A stretch of DNA of 34,085 nt. Origin: Bacilli bacterium. Its GTDB lineage: Bacteria > Bacillota_I > Bacilli_A > RF39 > UBA660. This document shows, piece after piece, positions 8,089-16,621 of this stretch. The stretch lies in NCBI GenBank assembly GCA_029004695.1, contig JAQVZB010000002.1, forward strand, positions 1-34,085, given 5' to 3'. Every line of letters starts with the position of its first letter. The first letter of the stretch is position 1. Under the pieces are notes generated by a model. That model ran no database searches, was not told the origin of the DNA, and was given only the letters and a program-made list of their open reading frames with translations. The position numbers and the translations under genes were made by a program.

Positions 8089-8460
8089 ATGAATTGTATA
8101 TTTTGTAAAATTAATAATGGTGAAATTCCATCTCAAATATTGTATGAAGATAATATAGTACAAGTAATAATGGATGTTAATCCAACTAGTAATGGACATA
8201 TATTAATTATCCCAATTAAACATTATAGCGATTTTTTAAATATCGATGATGATACTCTTAATCATATCCATAAAATAGCAAAACTAATGAAAAAATATTT
8301 ATATGAAAGTTTAAATCCTGATGGTTTAACATTAATTAATAATTATGGTATAAATCAATTAATTAAACATTATCATTTACATTTAATACCGGTTTATAAG
8401 GAAAAACAACTTATAAAAGATACTACAGAAATATATCAAAAAATTAAAAGTGTTATTTAA
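8089..8460 (+). CDS. hit: HIT-family (histidine triad) nucleotide hydrolase
   Basis: CIFCKI N-terminus and the HYHLHLIP histidine triad. ATG at 8089 preceded by AGGTGA. Confidence 0.85.
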   Translation: MNCIFCKINNGEIPSQILYEDNIVQVIMDVNPTSNGHILIIPIKHYSDFLNIDDDTLNHIHKIAKLMKKYLYESLNPDGLTLINNYGINQLIKHYHLHLIPVYKEKQLIKDTTEIYQKIKSVI

Positions 8461-8503
8461 TCATTTTTATTTTTATTAGTATTTTTTTAAACTATTAACA
8501 AAT

Positions 8504-8530
8504 GAAAAAAACTTTCTTTATCGAAAGTTT
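8504..8530. terminator. bidirectional terminator between hit and rplT
   Basis: aaactttc (8509-8516) / gaaagttt (8523-8530), 8-bp perfect stem with a 6-nt loop. An A-run on one side gives a T-run for the minus-strand rplT transcript. T-rich tract on the other side. Confidence 0.55.
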
Positions 8531-8533
8531 ATA

Positions 8534-9082
8534 TTATTTTAAAGCAGCAATTAATTCTGCTTTTTTCATTGTCGTATATCCAGTAATATTTTTTTCTTTA
8601 GCTTGCTTTTTTAACTCAGCAACTGTTAAATTATTTAAATCTAATTTTTCTTCTTTTATTTCAGCTTTTTTAGTAGCAGTAGTAGTCTTGACTTCTGATT
8701 TTACATCATCATTTTTTACTGTTTTTCCGTTTAAAATATCTTTAGCAATAATAACTAATTTAGTAAAATATTTAGGATTATCAATAGCTATTTCACTTAA
8801 CATTTTACGATTAATGTCAATATTAGCTTTTGACAAACCATTAATAAATCTTGAATAACTTATGTCATTTTCATAACAAGCTGCATTAATTCTTGTTATC
8901 CATAATTTTCTAAAATTTCTTTTATTTGCTTTACGATCACGATAAGCATATTCTCCACTATGAAAAGTTTGTTCTTGAGCTGTTTTAAATAATCGATGTT
9001 TACTTCCAAAATATCCTTTTGCTTGTTTTAATACTTTTCTTCTTCTGTTTTTTGCAACAGATCCGCCTTTAACTCTTGTCAT
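8534..9082 (-). CDS. rplT: 50S ribosomal protein L20 with a ~63-aa C-terminal extension ending in a Rho_N/HeH (SAP-like) motif
   Basis: [27 protein letters not shown]...WITRINAA is canonical L20 to about residue 119. It then continues [62 protein letters not shown]. Confidence 0.95.
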   Translation of the reverse strand: MTRVKGGSVAKNRRRKVLKQAKGYFGSKHRLFKTAQEQTFHSGEYAYRDRKANKRNFRKLWITRINAACYENDISYSRFINGLSKANIDINRKMLSEIAIDNPKYFTKLVIIAKDILNGKTVKNDDVKSEVKTTTATKKAEIKEEKLDLNNLTVAELKKQAKEKNITGYTTMKKAELIAALK

Positions 9083-9092
9083 TAATTATCAC

Positions 9093-9281
9093 CTAGATAA
9101 CAGAACTTAATCTGTCAGCGTCTCCTTTCGCTAATACTCCCTTATTTCTTCTTTGTCTTACTTGTTTACTAGAATCCTTAGCAGTATTATGATTACCACC
9201 AGATTTTTTAAAAACTAAGGTTCCATTTTTCTTCTTTTTAAAAACCTTACTACTAGCTTTATGAGTTTTTTGTTTTGGCAT
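9093..9281 (-). CDS. rpmI: 50S ribosomal protein L35
   Basis: MPKQKTHKASSK..., 62 aa, located between infC and rplT. Confidence 0.95.
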   Translation of the reverse strand: MPKQKTHKASSKVFKKKKNGTLVFKKSGGNHNTAKDSSKQVRQRRNKGVLAKGDADRLSSVI

Positions 9282-9293
9282 CTTATTTCCTCC

Positions 9294-9824
9294 TTATTTT
9301 TTTGGTGCTAAAATCATTGTCATAGTTCTACCATCTAATTTGGGTTGAGTTTCAATTATGCCTAATTCAGATAATGAATCAGCAAATCTAATTAATACTT
9401 CCTTACCTAATTCAGTATGAGCCATTTGTCTACCTTTAAACCTTAATGAAGCTTTAATTTTATGACCTTTTTTTAAATATTCTTCAGCATTCTTTTTGCG
9501 AGTATTAAAGTCTCCAACATCAATAGTTACAGAAAATTGATATTCTTTTATATCTTTAGTGTTAGATTTTTGATTTTTATATGCTTCTTTTTGTTTTTTT
9601 TGTTTTTCATAACGATACTTATTATAATCCATTATTTTCCCAACAGGATGATCATTAAGTTCACTCATTAAAACAAGATCTAAACCAGCATAATTCGCAA
9701 GCGTTAAAGCATCTTCAAGTTTTTTAGTCCCCATTTGTTCTCCATTTGGACCTATAACCATAAGCTCACTAACCTTTATATTTTCATTAGTAGGTAAATC
9801 ATCTTTTCTGATATTTGCTATTAT
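9294..9824 (-). CDS. infC: translation initiation factor IF-3, non-canonical ATA start
   Basis: The frame stays open upstream of the tracked ATG and encodes IANIRKDDLPTNENIKVSELMVIGPNGEQMG, a typical IF-3 N-terminus. GGAGGTG lies 4-7 nt before the ATA-ATA pair at 9824-9819. No ATG/GTG/TTG is in frame there. Confidence 0.9.
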   Translation of the reverse strand: MIANIRKDDLPTNENIKVSELMVIGPNGEQMGTKKLEDALTLANYAGLDLVLMSELNDHPVGKIMDYNKYRYEKQKKQKEAYKNQKSNTKDIKEYQFSVTIDVGDFNTRKKNAEEYLKKGHKIKASLRFKGRQMAHTELGKEVLIRFADSLSELGIIETQPKLDGRTMTMILAPKK

Positions 9825-9965
9825 AAAGCACCTCCATAATCAAAAAGTGAATGCAATTAATGCATCCACTAAAAACCTAATTATATTTTAAAAATACTTT
9901 AGCTTTTTACCTATTCAAACGTATGAATCAGGTGGATGTGGACACATCGCTTTCCTTTAAATGAC
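9825..9965 (-). promoter_or_regulatory. infC-rpmI-rplT leader, L20-leader-like transcription attenuator
   Basis: About 140-nt untranslated leader between a consensus promoter and the infC SD. It carries a terminator hairpin just before the SD. An upstream CATCCAC (within gtccacatccacc) is complementary to GTGGATG in the 5' terminator arm, giving a candidate antiterminator. Confidence 0.5.
9841..9870 (-). terminator. attenuator terminator in the infC leader
   Basis: Minus strand: AGTGGATGCA-ttaat-TGCATTCACT (10 bp including one G:U) followed by TTTTTG, then the infC SD GGAGGTG. Confidence 0.6.
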
Positions 9966-9971
9966 AAAGAT

Positions 9972-9999
9972 ATTATATCACTTTTAATGTTTTTGTCAA
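9972..9999 (-). promoter_or_regulatory. consensus sigma-A promoter of the infC operon
   Basis: Minus strand reads TTGACA (revcomp of 9994-9999), a 16-nt spacer, then TGA-TATAAT (revcomp of 9972-9977). Both hexamers are perfect and there is an extended -10 TG. Confidence 0.6.
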
Positions 10000-10083
10000 C
10001 TATTAATATCATAATTACCTTTTTATAAATAAATCTGTCATATATATTATATTTCTAATAATAAAAATAATTCATATTTATAT

Positions 10084-10425
10084 TTATTTTTTTCCGAAAA
10101 TCGATTTTACTAGTTTTTTTATCCCCTTTTCCTTTTGTTGATTTATGATAATTTCTTTTTTAAAAATGTCAAATATTGTTAATCTAATACATTTTCCATC
10201 ATCAGATGTATCAAATGTAATATTATTAGCAATAATTGGGGGAATTGTATTTTGTTTTAGCATTTTCATGCAGATATATTTTTGATACGTTTCCATCGCT
10301 TCATTATCTAATTCACCTAATACTTCGCCATCAGCTCGATAAAAATAAAATTGCTTTTCATTTTCTGTTTCTTGAAAAATATATATACCATCAGTATATG
10401 ATTCTAATTCTTTTTTGTCGTCCAT
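10084..10425 (-). CDS. hypothetical protein (113 aa, acidic N-terminal half, Lys-rich tail)
   Basis: Intact ORF with AAGGAGG upstream of the ATG, divergent from the ger operon. No family recognised. Confidence 0.5.
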   Translation of the reverse strand: MDDKKELESYTDGIYIFQETENEKQFYFYRADGEVLGELDNEAMETYQKYICMKMLKQNTIPPIIANNITFDTSDDGKCIRLTIFDIFKKEIIINQQKEKGIKKLVKSIFGKK

Positions 10426-10481
10426 TGATTAAACCTCCTTCATTTGGTTATTTATTTTATCACAATTATAAAAAAAATGTT

Positions 10482-10510
10482 ATATAAAATATCAAATATA
10501 ATCCATAATA
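10482..10510 (+). promoter_or_regulatory. possible forespore (sigma-G-like) promoter of the ger operon
   Basis: ATATA, 17 nt, then CATAATA (10504-10510), ending 8 nt before the GGTGAT SD. Only a partial match to GHATR-18-CATxHTA. AT-rich background makes chance matches common. Confidence 0.25.
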
Positions 10511-10527
10511 AATGTAATGGTGATAAA

Positions 10528-11925
10528 ATGAAATATATTGATTTAATTTTAAAATTATTTGAAGACAATTCGGATTTAGTAGTAAGGAAAATTAAAAGAA
10601 ATTTTAAAACTACTTATGTCTTATTTTTATCAACATTATCAAGTAGTGATTTAATAAATAAATACATCATGAAAAACTTAACAACCCCTAATTTTAAATT
10701 TAAAAATATTAGGGGAATAATTGGTGCTCCAAATTTAAAGGAAATAAGTTTTAGTGAAGTTGAATTACATATGTGTAGTGGATATACTATTATAATTGAA
10801 AATAATATTATTTTCGCATTAGAAACTAAAGTTTCTTTTGATAGATCTATCGATCGAGCACAAGTCGAACCTTCTCTTTATGGTCCAAAAGATTCTTTTA
10901 TCGAAAACTATCAAAAAAATATTGGCTTAATAAAAAAAAGAATAAAAAGTCATCATTTAAAAACCAAAGATTTCGTCCTTGGACGATATTCTAAAACAAA
11001 TATTGGATTATTATATATTGATAATATTGTTAAACCAGATTTAGTAAATGATGTAACTCAAAGATTAAATAGTATTAATACTGAAGCTATAACCACATCT
11101 GGTGAATTAAAACAATTTTTAGCAAATGAAAATAAGAATGTTTTTCCTGCTATTAAATTATCAGAAAGACCTGATACAATCGTAAGAGCATTACTTTCTG
11201 GTAAAATTGTCATATTAGTTGATACTTCCCCCTTTGCGATTATTTTACCTTCTGTTTTAGCTGATTATATTAATCCTACTGATGATTACTTTACCAATAG
11301 TATTAATACTAATTTTTTAAAATTTTTAAGAATATTTTGTTTTATCATAACTATAATAACTCCCGCTTTATATATAGCGATAACTAATTTTAATCAAGAA
11401 TCAATTCCTGCCAAATTTTTAATGAATATTTCTACTCAACGATTTGGAGTTCCTTTTCCTTCAATAATTGAAGCCTTAATTATGTTATTTGTATGTGAAT
11501 TATTAAGAGAAAGCGATTTAAGATTTCCTAATAGTTATGGCAGTGCAATATCTATATTAGGAGCTTTAATAATTGGAGAATCAGCCGTTGCTTCAGGAAT
11601 TGTAAGTCCGATTATGATTATTATTATAGCTTTGACTTTTTTATCATGTTTAATCTTTAATGAAGTTGAGATAACGGGTGCAATTCGAGCTTGGAGATTT
11701 ATTTTCTTATTATTTGCCGCCTTTTTAGGTCTATATGGTGTAGCGTTGTGTACATTACTAATAATTATCAACTTATGTTCATATAAATCATTTAACCTTA
11801 CCTATATGTTTCCCTTATCACCATTTGATTTATCTTATTTAAAAGAAACTTTAATAAAAACTAAAAGAAAAAAAAATAATTATCGTAGTAAATATTTAAC
11901 TGATAATATTAGAAAGCAAATATAA
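10528..11925 (+). CDS. GerA-family spore germination receptor, A subunit
   Basis: Start moved to MKYIDLILKLFEDNSDLVVRKI, behind GGTGAT. Soluble N-domain followed by C-terminal TM helices (SLYGPKDSFIEN, KLSERPD, PFPSIIEALIM), typical of GerAA/GerKA. Confidence 0.85.
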   Translation: MKYIDLILKLFEDNSDLVVRKIKRNFKTTYVLFLSTLSSSDLINKYIMKNLTTPNFKFKNIRGIIGAPNLKEISFSEVELHMCSGYTIIIENNIIFALETKVSFDRSIDRAQVEPSLYGPKDSFIENYQKNIGLIKKRIKSHHLKTKDFVLGRYSKTNIGLLYIDNIVKPDLVNDVTQRLNSINTEAITTSGELKQFLANENKNVFPAIKLSERPDTIVRALLSGKIVILVDTSPFAIILPSVLADYINPTDDYFTNSINTNFLKFLRIFCFIITIITPALYIAITNFNQESIPAKFLMNISTQRFGVPFPSIIEALIMLFVCELLRESDLRFPNSYGSAISILGALIIGESAVASGIVSPIMIIIIALTFLSCLIFNEVEITGAIRAWRFIFLLFAAFLGLYGVALCTLLIIINLCSYKSFNLTYMFPLSPFDLSYLKETLIKTKRKKNNYRSKYLTDNIRKQI

Positions 11926-11926
11926 A

Positions 11927-12955
11927 ATGAAAAAAATTATATTAATTATCATGTGTTTATTATTAACTGGTTGTTATAACTATAAAGAAATAAATAATCT
12001 TGCAATTGTTTCTTCTTTAGCAATTAATTTTAAAGATGATAATTTTGAAGTAATTATTGAAATTGGTGAAAATAACAAAGATGGTAAATATTCATCATAT
12101 ATTTTAAAAGGGATAGGTGCTTCAATTGAATCAGCTATAAAAAATGCTTCAACATCACTTAATAAAGATTTACATTTTATCAATCTTGATATTTTATTAA
12201 TATCTTCTGACGCTGCAAATTTAAAATTAAATAAAATTTTAGATTTTATTGCTCGAGATAATAATTTCTCATTTGATTATAATATTGCAATTTGTGATAA
12301 AAGTGAAGAGGTAATTCAAACTATCATTAATCAAGAAAAAATATTTGGTAACTATATTAAAAATGTTTATGATAATACCAATAATAATCTAATTAACATA
12401 AAAATAAGTGATCTGTTAGACCTATATTTAAGTAATTATCAAGATATAATATTACCAATTTTCGATTTGCAAAATGAAGCAATAATAATGAATAAAGCCG
12501 CTATATTTAATAAGTCTGATATCGTCAATTATATTGATGACGAAGAAATTGCTATCTATAATATATTAAATAATAATTTTATGAATTATTATTTAAACTT
12601 TGACTTTGATGATCGAAAAGCTGTTCTTAAAGGAAACAATTACTTTTCTAACATTATTTACCAAAATAATATTATGAAAATATTTACTCGCTTAGAAGGA
12701 GATTTAATTGAAACCGAAAATTTTGATATTAATAATAAAGAACATTTAAAAATAATAAATAAAGAATTTAAAAAAAGAATTGATAATCTAATTATCAAAT
12801 TATATTCGAATAATAGTGACATCTTAGGTTTTAGAAATATAATTTATAAACAAAAAAAACATCTTGATAGTTCATTAAATAAAATAAATTATCAAATTAA
12901 TACCAAGATAATAATTAATGATTATTCTTTGATAATAGATAATATAGGTGATTAA
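11927..12955 (+). CDS. Ger(x)C-family germination lipoprotein, C subunit
   Basis: Lipobox LLLTGC followed by YNYKEINNLAIVSSLAI (the Ger(x)C signature ...eie.laiv.alg.d). Translationally coupled to the A subunit. Confidence 0.8.
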   Translation: MKKIILIIMCLLLTGCYNYKEINNLAIVSSLAINFKDDNFEVIIEIGENNKDGKYSSYILKGIGASIESAIKNASTSLNKDLHFINLDILLISSDAANLKLNKILDFIARDNNFSFDYNIAICDKSEEVIQTIINQEKIFGNYIKNVYDNTNNNLINIKISDLLDLYLSNYQDIILPIFDLQNEAIIMNKAAIFNKSDIVNYIDDEEIAIYNILNNNFMNYYLNFDFDDRKAVLKGNNYFSNIIYQNNIMKIFTRLEGDLIETENFDINNKEHLKIINKEFKKRIDNLIIKLYSNNSDILGFRNIIYKQKKHLDSSLNKINYQINTKIIINDYSLIIDNIGD

Positions 12956-12956
12956 A

Positions 12957-13916
12957 ATGAAAAACACAAAACAAGAATATAATTCTCTGCTTTATCTAAT
13001 TTCTCAACCATTATTTTTAGGAATTGGTTTTATTAAAATAATAAGAGATTTAGGTAATGACTACTGGATAGGTATTATTCTAGGTATAATTATTGGTTTA
13101 TTTATTTATTATATGTTACATCTTCTACCACAAAAAAATAATAAAATTATTTTTACCTTAATAAATGTCTTCATCTTATTAATTATGACAACAATATTAA
13201 CAAATTGTATTTCATTATTATATTTAAATAAAACTCCTATTAATATTATATTAATTCCCTTATTATTAGTTGCTTTTTATTCTAGTAAAAAAGGTGATGA
13301 AACAATATTTAAAGCTGCCAATATTATTGTCTTAATTAATATTTTTCTTTTTACTATAGCCTTTATATCCTTAATACCATTAATATCTATAAATAATTTT
13401 TTACCTATAATAGGTAATTCTTCAATTATAAATATCTTATTATCTAGTTTAGATTTTGCTCTTATTAGTACTATTTCTTTAATATTATTTCCTCACTTAA
13501 AAAAGAATTATAATAGTAAAGTTTATTTAATCAGTTCCTTAACAATCACAATATTCTTTTTATTAATTATCGGTACTTTAGGAATCAATGTAGCATCTAT
13601 ATTCAACTATCCTGAATATATCATTTTTAAAAGAGTTACATTTTTAGATTTTTTTGATAATATCCAAAATATTATTTTCATGATGTGGATATTTTCTTCT
13701 TTTTCTTTAATTGGTTTATGTTCACTTAATATTAGAAAATATACTAACAAAAAAATATTACTAATTATTATGGTTTTTATCATTTTAATTAGTAATATAA
13801 TAAGTAACTATAATTTATTTAATTTTATTTATTTAAATATTAGATATCTATTATTAATAATTTTAGGATTATTTATCTTAAATAAAATTATAGGTAAATT
13901 TAAGTTAAAGAAATAA
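12957..13916 (+). CDS. GerAB/GerKB-type germination receptor B subunit (APC-like permease)
   Basis: Polytopic membrane protein with about 10 hydrophobic segments, third gene of the ger operon. ATG at 12957 behind AGGTGA. Operon order A-C-B, as in gerK. Confidence 0.8.
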   Translation: MKNTKQEYNSLLYLISQPLFLGIGFIKIIRDLGNDYWIGIILGIIIGLFIYYMLHLLPQKNNKIIFTLINVFILLIMTTILTNCISLLYLNKTPINIILIPLLLVAFYSSKKGDETIFKAANIIVLINIFLFTIAFISLIPLISINNFLPIIGNSSIINILLSSLDFALISTISLILFPHLKKNYNSKVYLISSLTITIFFLLIIGTLGINVASIFNYPEYIIFKRVTFLDFFDNIQNIIFMMWIFSSFSLIGLCSLNIRKYTNKKILLIIMVFIILISNIISNYNLFNFIYLNIRYLLLIILGLFILNKIIGKFKLKK

Positions 13917-15270
13917 CCATTATACCTTCTGGTAAATTTGTTTCAGTCATAATCCAATTCTTTAATTCTTCATTTTTAGCATAAATTTCTGATGTTAAAG
14001 AGATATTATTAAACATTAAATTTTTCGTACTAGTAGGAGTGTCCCAATTATCTAATCTTAAAATTTGAAAAATTGCTGAATCAAACATATTATCCATATT
14101 TGTAATTTTATTTATGTTCCATAAACTTAAATTTAAGCTATCTAAATTTACTTTATTAAACATATAACTAGTATTTAGTACATTAGATGTATCCCAGGAA
14201 CTTAGATCAAGATATAAATCATTTTTATTTTGTCCGAAACTATTAAACATATTTGACATATCAGTTACACCCGAAGTATCAAAATTTTCTAACCCAATAA
14301 TCTCTATAGTACTTGATAAAGAACCAATATTAATAAACATATTTGACATATTACTTACAAACCTAGTATCAAAATTGTTTAGATTTAATATCTTTAAATA
14401 AGGTAAATTACTAAATAAATAGCTTGAATTTTCATTAGCAATTACTCCGGCATTTTGACCTATTGTTACCTTATATCTTCCATCAACACCAGTACTTTCA
14501 TACCAAGCTATAATACTATTATTATTATCATTAGATACATCCCATGATTCTATAGCAGTTGTCGAGATTTCTTTAGAAGTTGAAAAATCGATATTTTCTA
14601 TCTGATCTTTATTAATTGGGCCATTTAAAAATGGCGTATTTGCTTCTTCATAACTCAATATTTCTTTTAATTGAACTGGTTTATAAGTTGTTACGGCAAT
14701 TATGGACAATTTTACATTAATGTTCTTATTAGCAATACTTTCATCAGTCCATATATTTTCATTATTAGAATTTAACCACATTCTGTAGTCATATGTATGT
14801 TCTTCCATATTTTCAAAATGCCCTTTTAATAAAACATAATTATGAATTGTATTTTCAATTTCCATAGTTGATGTTTCTTTTTCTAAATTATCTAATGTAG
14901 ATGCTTTTAAATTCTTAGGACCATTTAATGATACTTTAATATAATTTTCATCAGTTAAAGTACTTGTATCCATTAACGACATTATTATTTTATATTCAAC
15001 ATATGTTTGGCATTTATTAACCACTTTAAAAGTATAAGGAACTGTATTTGTTCCTTGTTCGTCAGTTATCGGATATGAATTTGCTAAATTTAATTCATCG
15101 GATACTCCTGTTATTGCTACTTCCATACAATCTAAAGTTGTTAATACATTTGCTTCTTCTTGAATAACTTCGGTTTTTAAAAAAGAATATGTTACAGCAG
15201 TTATAGATACAAGTAATAGTATAATACCAGAAACTGTATATAACATATACTTCTTAGTGGTTTTATTCAT
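13900..15270 (-). CDS. BspA-type leucine-rich-repeat surface protein (DUF285 repeats) with an N-terminal signal/anchor and an unassigned ~170-aa N-domain
   Basis: N-terminus MNKTTKKYMLYTVSGIILLLVSITAV. C-terminal half carries repeated F/W-D-T-S-x-V-x-x-M-S-x-M-F units (FDTRFVSNMSNMF, FDTSGVTDMSNMF, WDTSNVLNTSYMF, WNINKITNMDNMF), and SWDVS...IIAWY precedes them. Confidence 0.75.
   Translation of the reverse strand: MNKTTKKYMLYTVSGIILLLVSITAVTYSFLKTEVIQEEANVLTTLDCMEVAITGVSDELNLANSYPITDEQGTNTVPYTFKVVNKCQTYVEYKIIMSLMDTSTLTDENYIKVSLNGPKNLKASTLDNLEKETSTMEIENTIHNYVLLKGHFENMEEHTYDYRMWLNSNNENIWTDESIANKNINVKLSIIAVTTYKPVQLKEILSYEEANTPFLNGPINKDQIENIDFSTSKEISTTAIESWDVSNDNNNSIIAWYESTGVDGRYKVTIGQNAGVIANENSSYLFSNLPYLKILNLNNFDTRFVSNMSNMFINIGSLSSTIEIIGLENFDTSGVTDMSNMFNSFGQNKNDLYLDLSSWDTSNVLNTSYMFNKVNLDSLNLSLWNINKITNMDNMFDSAIFQILRLDNWDTPTSTKNLMFNNISLTSEIYAKNEELKNWIMTETNLPEGIMVISLT
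13983..14420 (-). repeat. intragenic DUF285/LRR repeat array (~25-30 aa units)
   Basis: At least five degenerate units at protein level. Two are also near-identical at DNA level (aaacatatttgacata...gtatcaaaatt at ~14246 and ~14336). Confidence 0.6.
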
Positions 15271-15308
15271 ATTATCACCTATCTTTATATATAAATATTA
15301 ACACAATA

Positions 15309-15332
15309 AAAGATTGATTTCAATCAATCTTT
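15309..15332 (-). terminator. hairpin overlapping the spoVAE stop (putative terminator)
   Basis: Minus strand: AAAGATTGAT-tgaa-ATCAATCTTT followed by TATTGTGTT. Arms at 15309-15319 and 15322-15332. AT-rich stem. Confidence 0.45.
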
Positions 15333-15674
15333 AACTTTAAATGGAATACTTAACAAAAATGCAAATACGACTGCAGAGACTACTCCAACTCCAACATCAG
15401 TTAACATATTACCAAATAATCCAATAATTCCATCAGATAAATAACCTTGATAAGCACTATTGATTAATAAATTTCCAAATGATATAATTGGTATATTCGC
15501 TCCCGCTCCTACAAAATCGACGATATTATCATAAATATTAAAACATCCTAGGATAGTACCTAAAACAACATAAATAGATGTTATATGTCCTGGTGTCAAT
15601 TTAGTATTATCCATAATAACCTGAGCAATTAAACATAATAATCCACAAAATAAGAAAGAATATATTAATGTCAT
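15324..15674 (-). CDS. spoVAE: stage V sporulation protein AE (SpoVAEB-type)
   Basis: 116-aa four-TM protein following spoVAD with a 4-nt overlap. Typical size and hydrophobic pattern (GAGANIPIISFG). Confidence 0.85.
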   Translation of the reverse strand: MTLIYSFLFCGLLCLIAQVIMDNTKLTPGHITSIYVVLGTILGCFNIYDNIVDFVGAGANIPIISFGNLLINSAYQGYLSDGIIGLFGNMLTDVGVGVVSAVVFAFLLSIPFKVKD

Positions 15675-16621
15675 AATCCCACCTCCATATATATTGCATG
15701 TGTTAATGTAGGTATCGAATTTTTTTGATTTACTAAAAGTGTACTATGAAGAGTTCCAGTTGCTAAATATAATATTTTTCTATATTTTTTATTAGTTAAT
15801 ACTTTAGTTACCAAAGTTAGTGGTAATACTGCTGATCCACTAGCACCTGAATATTCAAAATTTTTATATAAAGTTGCTCCACCATCTAAATGATTATTAA
15901 TTTTTATCTTATACTTTTTTTGAAGTACCGCTTTAAATATTTCACTTCCAACTTTTCCTAAATCCCCAGTTAATATTAAGTCATAATCTTTAACCGTAGT
16001 ATTACTCTTATTTAAAAAAACTATTAAAGTATCAACGGCACTAGGAGCCATTATTGCCCCCATATTGTGAACATCTTTTATTCCTGAATCGATAACTTTA
16101 CCTAAAAGTCCACTTACAATTTTTATTTTTGATTCTTGATTACTAACTATAATCCCAACTGCTGCCGTAGCTGTTTGAGAACTTCTAAGTGGTTTAGGGG
16201 CTCCATACTCAACTGGGAATCGAAATTGTTTTTCTGCAACTAAAGTATGAGAACTTATTATAAATAATCCTTTTTTTATATTTTTTGACATTATGAAGTT
16301 TGCTAAAGTAATTAACATCGATGCTGATGATGCGCATGCACAATAATGACCTATATAAGGTATTTTTAAATCTACTACAGACATTGCTGTAGCAGTAAGT
16401 TGATTATTTAAATCACTTCCTATTATTAAATCCGGTCTTTCATCTTTAATTAAATTCTTAATTACGATTTTTTGCATTTTACTTTCAGCTTTTTCCGGGG
16501 TTTTTTCTCCAAAATAATAATCTTCAATAAAATAATCACATTTTTTTAAATTAGATTTTTTTTCTATAGGTCCAGCAAGCGAATAATAATCATTTATATA
16601 AATATTTTTGAAATTATACAT
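15671..16621 (-). CDS. spoVAD: stage V sporulation protein AD (thiolase-fold DPA-binding protein)
   Basis: Extensive similarity to B. subtilis SpoVAD: DYDLILTGDLGKVGSEIFK vs DYDLILTGDLSGVGSPILK; AEKQFRFPVEYG vs AERQFRYPTEYG; MGAIMAPSAVDT vs MGSAMAPAAADT. Confidence 0.9.
   Translation of the reverse strand: MYNFKNIYINDYYSLAGPIEKKSNLKKCDYFIEDYYFGEKTPEKAESKMQKIVIKNLIKDERPDLIIGSDLNNQLTATAMSVVDLKIPYIGHYCACASSASMLITLANFIMSKNIKKGLFIISSHTLVAEKQFRFPVEYGAPKPLRSSQTATAAVGIIVSNQESKIKIVSGLLGKVIDSGIKDVHNMGAIMAPSAVDTLIVFLNKSNTTVKDYDLILTGDLGKVGSEIFKAVLQKKYKIKINNHLDGGATLYKNFEYSGASGSAVLPLTLVTKVLTNKKYRKILYLATGTLHSTLLVNQKNSIPTLTHAIYMEVGL

Noticed and set aside
8502-8858. 118-aa plus-strand ORF
   Set aside because: Antisense to rplT, including its C-terminal extension, and it starts inside the terminator hairpin.
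10236-10487. 83-aa plus-strand ORF
   Set aside because: Antisense to the 113-aa ORF, which has the better SD, and it runs through the divergent promoter region.
10444-10527. N-terminal 28 codons of the tracked GerAA ORF
   Set aside because: No RBS at 10444. GGTGAT precedes the ATG at 10528, and the protein family begins there.
11535-11771. 78-aa minus-strand ORF
   Set aside because: Antisense inside the TM region of the GerAA-type gene.
11980-12183. 67-aa minus-strand ORF
   Set aside because: Antisense inside the GerAC-type lipoprotein gene.
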